From Chloroflexota bacterium (lineage in GTDB: Bacteria; Chloroflexota; UBA11872; VXOZ01), in assembly GCA_963663275.1 (NCBI GenBank), contig OY760183.1, positions 704,001 to 768,000 of the forward strand: a stretch of DNA of 64,000 nt, given 5' to 3'. A program made the position numbers and the translations under genes. This document shows, in pieces, positions 23,197 to 34,584 of the stretch (position 1 is the first letter of the stretch; every line of letters begins with the position of its first letter). Below the pieces are notes generated by a model. That model searched no databases, was not told the origin of the DNA, and was given only the letters and a program-made list of their open reading frames with translations.

Positions 23197-23385
23197 CCCC
23201 CTCACCCCGGCCCTCTCCCTCAGAAGACCTTTGCATTACCTCGCTGAGAGGCGAACAGTTCCCTCTCCCCAGGGAGAGGGAGTTTCAATGCGCGCCGACC
23301 GGGGTTACGCAAAGGTCTCCTCAGGGAGAGGGAGTCTGAGCGCGCGCCGACCTATGTTACGCAAAGGTCTCCCCAGGGAGAGGGG
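23197..23385. mobile_element. Short MITE-A copy (23224-23319) inserted in a CCCTCTCC/GGAGAGGG hairpin repeat, plus an extra right end
   Basis: AAGACCTTTGCA...GCAAAGGTCTC flanked by CTCAG duplication; second GCAAAGGTCTC near 23361-23371. Confidence 0.75.
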
Positions 23386-23406
23386 GCTTTTTGCCTCCCG
23401 GCGTGT

Positions 23407-23546
23407 GCTATGCGTGGGGCAGGTATGAGCTATGCGTGGGGCAGGTATGAGCTATGCGTGGGGCAGGTATGAGCTATGCGTGGGCTAGGTATGAGCTATG
23501 CGTGGCCCAGGTATGTGCTAAGCGTGGGGCAGGCATGAGCTATGCG
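23407..23546. repeat. Tandem array of six 22-bp units GCTATGCGTGGGGCAGGTATGA plus a partial unit
   Basis: Units start at 23407, 23429, 23451, 23473, 23495, 23517 and 23539; first three identical. Confidence 0.95.
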
Positions 23547-23605
23547 AAGGTCCTTATCTATGTGAAGATCGCCGATAGCAGAGCAAGTCAATAGAGGATT
23601 GTGCA

Positions 23606-24943
23606 ATGGTACGAACCGAGCAGAGCGCGGCGCTGTTTGCCGCGGCCGAGGCCTACGCCCCGGGCGGCGTGCATACGTCCATCCGCAACGTCGAGCCCCG
23701 GCTGGTATTCAACCGCGCCGAGGGCGCCCGCATCTGGGACGCCGACGGCAACGAGTATCTCGACTACCACGCCGCATTCGGTCCCTTCATCCTGGGTCAC
23801 GTGCACCCTTTCGTCGTGCAGCGGGTTGAAGAAGCCCTGTGGGAGACCGACCTCTACGGCGTCGGCGCCACGCCGCAGGAAATCGCGCTCGCCAAGAAGG
23901 TAGTCGAGCACGTCCCTTCCATCGAGCAGGTGCTCTTCACGAATGCCGGGTCGGAGGCCACGTTCCACGCCTTGCGCGCGGCCCGCGCCTACACCGGCCG
24001 CCGGAAGATCATCAAGTTCCAGGGCTGCTACCACGGCTGGCACGACGCCGTGCTGCGCAACGTCATCAGCGCCCCGGACATGGTCGGCAAGCGCGACCTG
24101 CTCTCGGCGGGCATCATGGAAGAGACCGCCGACGCCACGCTCATCTGCGACTTCAACGACGCCGGCCAGGTAGAGGACACGCTCAAGCTGCACCCGGGCG
24201 AAGTGGCGGCCATCATCGTGGAGCCGATTCCCCACAACATCGGCTGTGTGCGCCCGCAGCCGGGCTTCCTGGAGGCGTTGCGGGAGTTGTGCGACGCCCA
24301 CGGCGTCGTGCTCATCTTCGACGAGGTGATCACCGGCTTCCGGCACGGCCTCGGCGGCTACCAAGCGGTCGCGGGCGTCACGCCGGACCTCACTACCCTG
24401 GGCAAGGCCATTGCCAACGGCTTTCCACTGGCGGCAATTGGCGGCAAGCGGGAGATCATGGCGCGTTTCAACACGGCGCCCGGCGGCGATACCTTCTTTG
24501 CCGGCACGTATAACGGCCACGCCGTCGGCACCGTGGCCGCCCTCGCCACCATCGAGGTCATGGAAACGCAGGGCGTGCACGCGGAGGTCTTCCGCCTAGG
24601 CGACCGCGTCCGCGCCGGCCTGACGGAGATCATGGCGGATGCCGGCGTGCCCGCCGTGGTGGAAGGATTCGGCTCGGTCTTCCTTACCTATTTCATGGAG
24701 GGGCCGGTGCGCAACTTCACCGACCTCCTGCGGAACGACGCCGACTTCTTCGTGCGCTATCGCCGCGAGTGCGTCGAGCGGGGCGTCTTCAAGCTGCCCA
24801 TGAACATCAAGCGCAACCACGTCAGCTTCGCCCACACCGACGCCGACATCGACCGGACGCTGCAAGTGGCGGAGGACGCCGTGCACGCGCTCCTGCGCCA
24901 AGGCGTGCGGCCGGAACCCAGCGGCGCGCTGGCCGTAACGTAA
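23606..24943 (+). CDS. Class III aminotransferase, glutamate-1-semialdehyde aminomutase-like
   Basis: DADGNEYLDY, NAGSEAT, GCYHGWHD, LIFDEVITGFR, TTLGKAIANGFP. Confidence 0.88.
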   Translation: MVRTEQSAALFAAAEAYAPGGVHTSIRNVEPRLVFNRAEGARIWDADGNEYLDYHAAFGPFILGHVHPFVVQRVEEALWETDLYGVGATPQEIALAKKVVEHVPSIEQVLFTNAGSEATFHALRAARAYTGRRKIIKFQGCYHGWHDAVLRNVISAPDMVGKRDLLSAGIMEETADATLICDFNDAGQVEDTLKLHPGEVAAIIVEPIPHNIGCVRPQPGFLEALRELCDAHGVVLIFDEVITGFRHGLGGYQAVAGVTPDLTTLGKAIANGFPLAAIGGKREIMARFNTAPGGDTFFAGTYNGHAVGTVAALATIEVMETQGVHAEVFRLGDRVRAGLTEIMADAGVPAVVEGFGSVFLTYFMEGPVRNFTDLLRNDADFFVRYRRECVERGVFKLPMNIKRNHVSFAHTDADIDRTLQVAEDAVHALLRQGVRPEPSGALAVT

Positions 24944-25048
24944 CGTTGGCGGCGCGCGCAGTTGCCGCGCCGCCGCAATCACGGTATGGTGAGTAGCCAG
25001 TGATAGCACCGCGCGGCGGGCGGCAGCGCGCCGCCGGAGGATTTCTTC

Positions 25049-25654
25049 ATGCCCGTCGGCTTCGCCACCCAGTTGACGCTCTTGCGTATCGCCCTTGCGC
25101 CGCTCATCATGTATCTCGTCATTTGGGGCCAGGGCACGCCGCACTGGTATTGGCTGGCGGCCTGTTTGCTGGCGGTAGCCGCGGCCACGGATTGGCTGGA
25201 CGGTTTCGTGGCCCGCCGCAGCGATACCGTTTCGGCGGTGGGGGCCTCGCTGGACCTGGTGGCGGATAAAGTCCTGGTTGCCGTCGTCTTGATCGCGCTG
25301 GTGCAGGTGGGCCTGCTGCCCGGCTGGTGGGCGGCCCTCGTCGTCAGCCGCGAAATGGCGGTCACCGGCCTGCGGGGCCAGGCCGCGGCCAAAGGCATCG
25401 CCATTCCGGCCGGGCCCACCGGCAAGCTCAAGACCGCCGTCACCTTCATCGCCTTGGTCGTGCTCCTGCTCTGGCAGAGCATCGTCAGCGACGCGCTGCT
25501 CGGGCTGGCGCTCATCCTCACGCTCTACTCCGGGGCGGAGTACCTCTACACCGGTATGCGCAAGATACGCCAGGCCGCCAACGCCCCGGCCGCGGCTGAT
25601 TCGCCTTCACAGACACCCGCACAGACAGCACACGAGGAGGTCCAAGTGAAATGA
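25049..25654 (+). CDS. pgsA: CDP-diacylglycerol--glycerol-3-phosphate phosphatidyltransferase (CDP-alcohol family)
   Basis: LTLLRI, TDWLDGFVAR...GASLDLVADK, SREMAVTGLR, GKLKT. Confidence 0.85.
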   Translation: MPVGFATQLTLLRIALAPLIMYLVIWGQGTPHWYWLAACLLAVAAATDWLDGFVARRSDTVSAVGASLDLVADKVLVAVVLIALVQVGLLPGWWAALVVSREMAVTGLRGQAAAKGIAIPAGPTGKLKTAVTFIALVVLLLWQSIVSDALLGLALILTLYSGAEYLYTGMRKIRQAANAPAAADSPSQTPAQTAHEEVQVK

Positions 25655-26541
25655 AAGTAGCCTTCATCGGTCTCGGCACCATGGGCATGCACATGGCCGT
25701 CAACCTTCGGGCGGCAGGCCACGACGTCTACGCCTTCAACCGCACCCGCGCCAAAGCGGAAGCGTTCGTTGCCTCCGGCGGCACGCTGGTGGAGACCCCG
25801 CGGGAAGCGGCGGAGCGGGCGGATTGCGTCCTCTCCTGCGTTTCCATGCCGGAAGACGTGGAGGAAGTCTTCCTGGGCGCGGCCGGCGCGATCCACGGCT
25901 CGCGGCCGGGGCAGGTCTTCGTCGACCACAGCACCATAGACCCGGCCACCGCGCAACGCGTCGGCGCCGCGCTGGCGGAGAAGCAGGTGCAGTTCATCGA
26001 CGCCCCCATCAGCGGCGGCCCCATGGGCGCGGAGGCCGGCACGCTGGCTATCATGGCCGGCGGCGAGGCCGAGGCGTTCGCCGCCGCCGAGCCGCTCTTC
26101 CAGGCCATGGGCGAAAACATCTTCCACGTCGGCCCGCTCGGCGCCGGTTCGGTGGTCAAGCTCCAGAACCAACTGCTCGTGGGCATCAACCTGGCCGGCA
26201 TCGTGGAAGCGATGGTGCTGGGGGCTAAGAACGGCGTAGACCCGGAAACGTCCTACCAGGTGCTGGGCACGGCCATGGGCGACAGCCGCATGTTGCACCG
26301 CGCCATGCCGGACTTCATCCTGCAGCGCAACTTCGCCCCGGCCTTCGCCATCAAGCTGCTGGTGAAAGACCTGCGGCTGGCTACCCAACTCGGCCAGCAG
26401 GCCGAGGTGCGCATGTTGGTCAGCAACCTCACCCAGCTTGTCTACGAGGAAGCCATCGCCCAAGGCCTGGCCGACGAAGACCAGACGGCGGTGGTCAAGC
26501 CGCTGGAAGAACTGGCCAAGGTGGAGGTTGCGCAGGCGTGA
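25651..26541 (+). CDS. 3-hydroxyisobutyrate/2-hydroxy-3-oxopropionate dehydrogenase family
   Basis: FIGLGTMG, FIDAPISGG, KLQNQ, KDL. Confidence 0.9.
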   Translation: MKVAFIGLGTMGMHMAVNLRAAGHDVYAFNRTRAKAEAFVASGGTLVETPREAAERADCVLSCVSMPEDVEEVFLGAAGAIHGSRPGQVFVDHSTIDPATAQRVGAALAEKQVQFIDAPISGGPMGAEAGTLAIMAGGEAEAFAAAEPLFQAMGENIFHVGPLGAGSVVKLQNQLLVGINLAGIVEAMVLGAKNGVDPETSYQVLGTAMGDSRMLHRAMPDFILQRNFAPAFAIKLLVKDLRLATQLGQQAEVRMLVSNLTQLVYEEAIAQGLADEDQTAVVKPLEELAKVEVAQA

Positions 26542-27691
26542 GCGCGCCGAGCACAGACGCGGGCGGGCCTGGGAATGGCGCAAGCGCGCCGGGCACAGGC
26601 GCGACCGAAACGGAGAAAGGCGGGAGCGCGCCCCACGCCGCGCCCGCTTCCGCGATCCGCATCCCCGCCGGGCGTCTTGAAGCCTTCGCGCGGGACGTGC
26701 TCGTGCACGCGGGCATCCCGCCGGAGCACGCGGCCCAGTCGGCGCGCCACCTGGCGCTCTGCGACCTGCGCGGCGTGGAAAGCCACGGCATCACGCGCCT
26801 CTCCGCGCTGGTGCAGCGCATTCGCAACGGCGCGGTCAACGCCAGGCCGAACATCCGCGTGGAGCGCCAACGCGCCGCCTCGGCCCTGGTGGACGGCGAC
26901 AACGGCCTCGGCGTGCCGGTCAGCGCGTACGCTACCCAACTGGCGATCGAGCGCGCCCAGGCGCAGGGCATCGGCGCGGTGGGCGTGCGCAATAGCAACC
27001 ACTTCGGCATGGCCGCCGACTACGCCCTGCGCATGGCGGAAGCCGCGTGCCTGGGCATCATCACCACCAATTCCAGCCCGGCCATGGTGCCCTGGGGCGC
27101 GGCCAGGAAGTTCCTGGGCACCAATCCGATCTGCTTCGGCGCGCCCACCCATGACGAACCGCTCATCCTGGACATGGCGACAAGCGTGGTGGCAATGGGA
27201 CACGTGGTGCTGGCGGAGAAGCGCGGCAAGCCTATCCCGGAAACGTGGGCGCTCGGCCCGGACGGCCTGCCCACCACCGACCCGACCCGCGCCCGGCAGG
27301 GCGGCGCGCGCCCCTTGGCGGACTACAAAGGCTCCGGCCTGGCGTTCATGATCGAGGTCTTCACCTCGCTGCTCACCGGCGCGACGCTGGGCGTGCACGC
27401 CGCGGGCTTCTTCAGCGACATGACCCGGCCGCCGACGTGGCGCACCTCTTCATTGCCATCGACATCGCCGCGTTCATGGACATGGAGCGGTTCAAGGAGC
27501 GCCTGGAGGCGCTCATCGCGGAGATGCGGGAACTGCCGCTGGCGCCGGGATTCGAGCGGGTTACGCTGCCCGGCGAGATCGAGGCGGAGCGCATGGCGGA
27601 ACGCCGGGCAAACGGCGTGCCGCTGGATGCCGCGGTGCTCGCCGACCTCCAAAACCTGGCCGCGCAGACGGGAGTCCCACTATCGGTATGA
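26538..27691 (+). pseudogene. Ldh_2-family (malate/L-lactate/ureidoglycolate) dehydrogenase with a frameshift near 27430 (pseudogene or sequencing error)
   Basis: DLRGVESHG, NSNHFG, GTNPI, DMATS, YKGSGL in one frame; C-terminus HLFIAID...LPGEIE in another frame ending 27691. Confidence 0.85.
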
Positions 27692-27740
27692 ACGCGACGC
27701 GGCCGCTGTGTACTCACCTCATTTGCGGGGGCTTCGTGTA

Positions 27741-29558
27741 ATGGCGCTTCCGCTCTTCGAACGCCAGGCGCTCGTGGAACGCGCCCACCGCATCCTGGAG
27801 GACGGCGCGCGCGCGCTGAGCCTTGCGGAATTGGCGCGGGCGGCCATGCAGATGAACGGCGCGCTGCCCGCTCCCCTGCTGCAACTCCTGGAAGCCAAAC
27901 TGGTGGCCGACGGCCGCTTTGCCCAGAACGCCGCCGGCGGTTGGGGCCTGGCGCAGTGGGGCGCGGCAAACCCGGCGGAAGCGCTGAGTTCCCAGGTATT
28001 CGTGGTGCTGGACGTGGAGACCACCGGCGGCATCGCGGGACGCCACCGCATCATCGAGCTTGGCGCCGTGCGCGTCTGCAACGGCGAGGAAATCGCGCGC
28101 TTCCACTCCTTCGTGAATCCGGGGCGGCGGGTGAGCAAGCGCATCTGGCAACTCACCGGCATCAGCGACGACATGCTCTGCGACGCGCCGCCGGCCGGCC
28201 CGGTGCTGGACGAACTCTACGCTTTCGTAGCCCACGTGCCGGTGGTGGGCCACAATATCGCCGGGGACCTCAACTTCCTGCGCAATGAGGCGCTCTGGAC
28301 GCAGCGCCGCCCGTTGAGCAATCTCTCGATCGACACGGTGACGTTGAGCACGCGGCTCATTCCGCAACTCAAGAAGCCCAGCCTGGAACGCCTGGCGCGC
28401 CACTTCGGCCTGAACGACGCGCCCAAGCACCGCGCGCTCAGCGACGCGCGGGTGACCGCCCAGTGCTTCATGCGCCTGCTGGCGGAAGTGCCCGCCGCGC
28501 ACGGCGCCAGCATGCAGACGTTCACGCACTGGTTGGAGAGTGGGAGGCAACAGCGGGCGCCGGCGCACCGCGCCGCCCTGCAAGCGCAAATCCGGCTCAT
28601 TCCCGCCCTGCCCGGCATCTATGTCTTCCGGGATAGCGAGGGCGCCGCGCTCTACGTGGGCAAGTCCAAGTCGCTCCAGCGGCGGGTGCGCAGCCATTTG
28701 GCGAACCCGGACCGCCTCTTCGACGGCATGATCGAGCGGCTGGAGCGCATCGACGTGGAGGTCACCGGCTCCGAGTTCGAGGCGCTGCTGCGCGAGGCGC
28801 AGGTCATCCAGGAGTTGCAGCCGGTCTACAACGTGCAGCAGCAGTATCGCCCTATGCAGCCCTACGTGCGGGTCTGGCGCAGCGAGCAAGCCGGTATCCA
28901 GGTGCGCACCAGCAGCCGGCTGCGGCCGGACGCCGCCGCCTACTTTGGGCCGTATCGAGGCCGCGCGGCGGCAAGCTGGAACGCGCGCGCGGCCCGGCGC
29001 TTGCTGGTCGCCGCGTCCGCGCTGCCGCCGCAAGACCAGGCTAACCTGGTCTTCCAGTTCCTGTCCGAAGGGCCGGAGGCGGTGGCGGACCGCTGGCAAG
29101 GCCGGGATGAGCCGGCCGCGGCGGCGGTCCTGCGCATTCTGCGGCGTCTGCGGGCGCGCCACCGTCCGCTTTCCGGCGGCTTTGCCGGCCACGACATTGT
29201 GCTCATCTATCCCGCCGATCCGCCGGAAGAGGTGCGCGTCTTCTTCGTCCGCAACGGCCAGATACTCGGACGCGAGACACTGGTGCCGGCCGCGGAGACG
29301 GCTATGGCGGAAACCCTCCGTGCGCTCTTCGGCCACTACCTCGCCTTGCCCGACAGCGCGGCCTCAGCGGATACGATCCGCCACTTCGTCTTGCAATGGG
29401 TGTACCAGCACCGCGATGACCCCGCCGTTATTCCCATCGACCCCGACCGCGTGCACGACGCGCTGGCCGCGGCGCACAAACGGCTCAAGCGCTTGGGCGT
29501 GATAGAGCCGCCGCCAACCCACCAGGAAGAGCGAAAAGATTCCCTCTCCCTGGGCTGA
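27741..29558 (+). CDS. DEDDh 3'-5' exonuclease (Pol III epsilon-like) fused to a UvrC-type GIY-YIG domain
   Basis: VLDVETTG, GHNIAGD, HRALSDA; PGIYVF..ALYVGKSKSLQRRVRSH, EALLREAQ.I...PVYN, YFGPY. Confidence 0.9.
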   Translation: MALPLFERQALVERAHRILEDGARALSLAELARAAMQMNGALPAPLLQLLEAKLVADGRFAQNAAGGWGLAQWGAANPAEALSSQVFVVLDVETTGGIAGRHRIIELGAVRVCNGEEIARFHSFVNPGRRVSKRIWQLTGISDDMLCDAPPAGPVLDELYAFVAHVPVVGHNIAGDLNFLRNEALWTQRRPLSNLSIDTVTLSTRLIPQLKKPSLERLARHFGLNDAPKHRALSDARVTAQCFMRLLAEVPAAHGASMQTFTHWLESGRQQRAPAHRAALQAQIRLIPALPGIYVFRDSEGAALYVGKSKSLQRRVRSHLANPDRLFDGMIERLERIDVEVTGSEFEALLREAQVIQELQPVYNVQQQYRPMQPYVRVWRSEQAGIQVRTSSRLRPDAAAYFGPYRGRAAASWNARAARRLLVAASALPPQDQANLVFQFLSEGPEAVADRWQGRDEPAAAAVLRILRRLRARHRPLSGGFAGHDIVLIYPADPPEEVRVFFVRNGQILGRETLVPAAETAMAETLRALFGHYLALPDSAASADTIRHFVLQWVYQHRDDPAVIPIDPDRVHDALAAAHKRLKRLGVIEPPPTHQEERKDSLSLG

Positions 29559-29713
29559 CAGGGGTAGGAATTCTAGAATCCGATTTCTCGTGTCACTCCG
29601 AGCGGAACGCAGGGGAGAGGCGCTAAGAGCGCGAAATCTAAGGCTTTTGCTGCAAGAACGTTGGTTCTAGATTCCTCGCTCCGCTCGGAATGACACTTGC
29701 CTACCCCTGTCAG
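29555..29713. mobile_element. MITE family C with an 11-bp (1 mismatch) target-site duplication
   Basis: Perfect TIR CTGACAGGGGTAGG / CCTACCCCTGTCAG; flanks CTCTCCCTGGG and CTTTCCCTGGG. Confidence 0.85.
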
Positions 29714-29869
29714 CTTTCCCTGGGGAGAGGCCGTAAAGACGAAGCGGCGCGAAAAGACCCCCTCTCCCTGGGGGAGAGGGCCGGGGTGAGGGGTTCAATG
29801 CCGCCGCACGACCTCCTGACGTAGGCAAGCACGGTCAACCCGCGCCCTTATACGACTCACCGCTCGCTG

Positions 29870-29911
29870 AACAGGGGTAGGGGCACGACACGTCGTGCCC
29901 CTACCCCTGTT
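29870..29911. repeat. Extended GTAG-REP palindrome between convergent genes
   Basis: AACAGGGGTAGGGGCACGAC..GTCGTGCCCCTACCCCTGTT. Confidence 0.8.
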
Positions 29912-29923
29912 TTCCAATCAAGG

Positions 29924-30346
29924 CTAGCGTTTCCGCGACCGGGCCGCGGATTGCAGCGCGGCGCGCTCTGCCGGCGTCAGGTTGACGATGAAGAGTATGC
30001 CGGTGACCAGCGCCGGCAGGGCGGCGGCGCACCAGATGAGCACGTCCGCCAGGCTCTGCAGCCGCACCACCAGCAGTGACGAGAGCAGAAATCCCGCAAT
30101 CAGCCAATACACGCCGCCCGCGGCCGGGTGGCGGCGGGCCGCGAGGCCGCCGGCAAACCCAATTCCCACCGGTATCAGATGTACGGCCAAGCTATCCTGC
30201 GGCAGATCGGGAATGCCCACCCAGGGCGCAACGCCCACGATGCCCCAGGCGGGCGTCCACAGCAGCAGCAACGCCCACGCCAGGCGGCGGTACAGGAGGA
30301 CGCGCGAAGCGGGCGGCGCGGCGTGTTTATCTTCCGTTTTCGGCAT
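29924..30346 (-). CDS. Hypothetical 4-TM membrane protein
   Basis: Four hydrophobic segments; host-like codon usage. Confidence 0.7.
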   Translation of the reverse strand: MPKTEDKHAAPPASRVLLYRRLAWALLLLWTPAWGIVGVAPWVGIPDLPQDSLAVHLIPVGIGFAGGLAARRHPAAGGVYWLIAGFLLSSLLVVRLQSLADVLIWCAAALPALVTGILFIVNLTPAERAALQSAARSRKR

Positions 30347-30586
30347 GGCCGGCGGTACCTTTCCCGGATTTCGCGGTTGCGGTCGGGCTTCTCAGCAAGA
30401 GACGAGCGTGCACGGCCAAGGCGCATCCCGCGCAACCCGGCGGTTCGCTTCATCCACACGCACACCGGAGCAACAGAAAGCATTGTACCAGCGGCGCCAA
30501 GAGTTGGCGCGCCCATCACCTGTGCGCAACCGCCTCAAGCCGTTGGAAATCGTCCGCATAGCGTGACTAAACCCCCTCTCCCCCGG

Positions 30587-30726
30587 GAGACCTTTGCATA
30601 ACTCTGTCATTCCGGTGAAAACCGGAATCCAGAGCGCTTTTACAACTAAACATTGCATGGTTTCAAGCCATTTCACCCCCCATCCCAACCTTCCCCCCAG
30701 TGGGGAAGGGGTTACGCAAAGGTCTC
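30587..30726. mobile_element. MITE family A (140 bp) with 5-bp TSD CCCGG
   Basis: GAGACCTTTGCATAAC...GTTACGCAAAGGTCTC inside the loop of a CCCTCTCC/GGAGAGGG hairpin. Confidence 0.9.
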
Positions 30727-30972
30727 CCCGGGGAGAGGGTTGGGGTGAGGGGGTCTTTTCCCTCCGGCCGGGGCAGACGGCGCGCCGCCGCGCAGAGGCT
30801 CCGCTCCAGCATTTGCTACAATGAACAAGAGCACTCCTTGAACACAAGCCGTCCGCGGACGGATTCGCGCCGCGCGTATGAACGGCACACGCGCAAGACG
30901 CTAGCCGCTTATCCGTATGCATACCCAAGAGAATACGTTTCACAGACAGCCTCAGCACGAGAAACCCTCTTC

Positions 30973-32763
<1,791 letters not shown>

Positions 32764-32832
32764 ACGCGCTCAACATTATGTTAGAGCCAAGACGTACATA
32801 AGCATAGAAAAGGCTAGTGCGGAGAAAGCCAT

Positions 32833-33771
32833 GTGAACATCTTTGAGAATAGCGGCAGAGTGTCTCGATCCAAGGGGGCTTTGGCTGCTATTCAGGAGGC
32901 CGCAAGCCAAACGGAAGAGATCATCGCTATTGCTACCAATCTTGAGCTCTTTGTACAAGAGTACGGACTGATCGCAGTACATCTCAGGGGGATTCTTCGC
33001 GAGACGGGACGTAGGATAATTGTCAAGGTTGGCACCAGTATCTGCGAGAACTATTGGTCCGACAGATTATGCTCAACTGCGCCTGACTTAGTCCCCAAAG
33101 TCTACGCTTCCGGCTCTCGATTGGGCGAGATCGAAGTTCATTGGCTTGCTACAGAAGCCATTCCATTTGGACCGCTAGGCAATTCCTGGAACGGAAAAGA
33201 GTTTGAGTTGATGCTCGAGGCAGGCATACGCTTCTATCAGGAAGCGAAGAGCATACACTATCCGAACTTGAGGGAGGTAACCCTGAGTGATGTTGCCGGC
33301 TGGCTTACAGGAGCACTCAAGCGGGGATGTCCCGGGCCTGTCAGCGAACTCAGCTTGAACGTCCAACGTCACTGGAGTTTTATTCTTGACAAATGTGGAA
33401 GTGAAACCGCTTTCGACGATTTCCATCTCTGTAATGCCATGACGAAGAGCCCTCCGCCAGACGGTGGGCCTGCGATTCTATTTGACATTCATCCAAATCG
33501 GCAGCCCTGGATTCTGGATACAGCCTATCTTCAAGTTCTGAATTCAGGCGACAAGAAGCGCCCAGGTCATCGGCAACTCATACAAAGAATGGCTGCCAAG
33601 AGATATGAAGTCGGACTAAGTAGCCTTGAGGGCGCTGATCTGGTCGCCGCGAGCAAGATTGCTCTTGGCTGGATGGCTGCGCGTCAATGGCGTGCGGGGC
33701 TTGTCGATGGGCAACCTGATTATCGGGATGTAAACGAACAGTTCATCGTGGACGCTGCTGGGGTCGTGTGA
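32833..33771 (+). CDS. Aminoglycoside-phosphotransferase/kinase-like protein (lower GC)
   Basis: IIVKVG, VPKVYA, LATEAI, DDFHLCNAM (catalytic-loop-like), ILFD. Confidence 0.65.
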   Translation: MNIFENSGRVSRSKGALAAIQEAASQTEEIIAIATNLELFVQEYGLIAVHLRGILRETGRRIIVKVGTSICENYWSDRLCSTAPDLVPKVYASGSRLGEIEVHWLATEAIPFGPLGNSWNGKEFELMLEAGIRFYQEAKSIHYPNLREVTLSDVAGWLTGALKRGCPGPVSELSLNVQRHWSFILDKCGSETAFDDFHLCNAMTKSPPPDGGPAILFDIHPNRQPWILDTAYLQVLNSGDKKRPGHRQLIQRMAAKRYEVGLSSLEGADLVAASKIALGWMAARQWRAGLVDGQPDYRDVNEQFIVDAAGVV

Positions 33772-33797
33772 CAGAACCCAAGCAGGCCGCCCCGAAA

Positions 33798-33937
33798 GAG
33801 ACCTTTGCATAACCCCTTCCCCATTGAGGGGGAAGGCTGGGATGGGGGTGAAATGGCTTGACGTTATGCCCTTGTTAGTTGTAAAGGCACCTTGGATTCC
33901 GGCTTTCGCCGGAATAACAGAGTTATGCAAAGGTCTC
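33798..33937. mobile_element. MITE family A (140 bp, opposite orientation)
   Basis: GAGACCTTTGCATAAC...GTTATGCAAAGGTCTC; flanks CGAAA/TGAAA within a GCCC..GGGC hairpin. Confidence 0.9.
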
Positions 33938-33969
33938 TGAAAGGGCTAACCCGGCGCTTGAAGCGAAGG

Positions 33970-34236
33970 TTATGAATCGTCTTCACGCCGAGTAATGGCG
34001 TCACGCAGCCCATCGAGCAAGCCTTCCACACGGGCGACCCGCTCGCGCAGCCCGCCAAGCGAACCCTCTACCCGGGCAATTTGCTCGCGCAAGCTATCAA
34101 GCGAACCTTCCACGTGGGCAACCCGTTCGCCAAGTTGGGAAACACGGTTTTCGAGGCGCAAGATGACCCCAATAACCGCAATGGCCGCAATGATGATCGT
34201 TGCCAAGGTGCTGATAAACTCAAAGTTCTCTGTCAC
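33970..34236 (-). CDS. Small TM plus coiled-coil protein with 14-aa repeats (ERVARVEGSL)
   Basis: GAGAGG RBS, GTG start, N-terminal hydrophobic helix, three 42-nt repeats. Confidence 0.7.
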   Translation of the reverse strand: MTENFEFISTLATIIIAAIAVIGVILRLENRVSQLGERVAHVEGSLDSLREQIARVEGSLGGLRERVARVEGLLDGLRDAITRREDDS

Positions 34237-34584
34237 AGTTGCCTCTCTCCGTTGGGAATGCGCGCGCCTTGCTCGAGCTTGCGCGAGTGCTGAAGAACTA
34301 TACCTGGAGTCTAGCACACGGCAGAAAGAGAGGATAGCGGTAGAGTGTGAAACTCTCAATGCGCCTGGCACACAACATGCGTGACGGCATCACCACGACT
34401 TGGTAATATCTCCGGTAACGTGACGACGTCAGACACGCTCCGAAACGCAACGCTTTCGGATGGAGAAGGCAGCACGCAGCGCATCTGCCGCGAGAGAGCG
34501 AAACGTTTGACGGTTCGCTTGCAGCGGCAGCCGGTGGGAGACTGCGCCGCTGTTGCTTCACTACTGCCCGTATAGGTGAGAGAC

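Noticed and set aside
23407-23546. CRISPR array
   Set aside because: Units are contiguous with no unique spacers, and no cas genes are present
26538-29558. Genuine 1006-aa dehydrogenase-exonuclease fusion
   Set aside because: The real dehydrogenase C-terminus is in another frame, so the fusion results from a 1-bp indel
29655-29668. LexA-type box AGAAC-N4-GTTCT
   Set aside because: Lies inside a MITE downstream of a gene and is not conserved in the other copy
30700-30972. N-terminal extensions of LepA (also LivF 46603-46896 and FolB 12970-13242)
   Set aside because: Read-through of repeat or intergenic DNA; conserved domains start later
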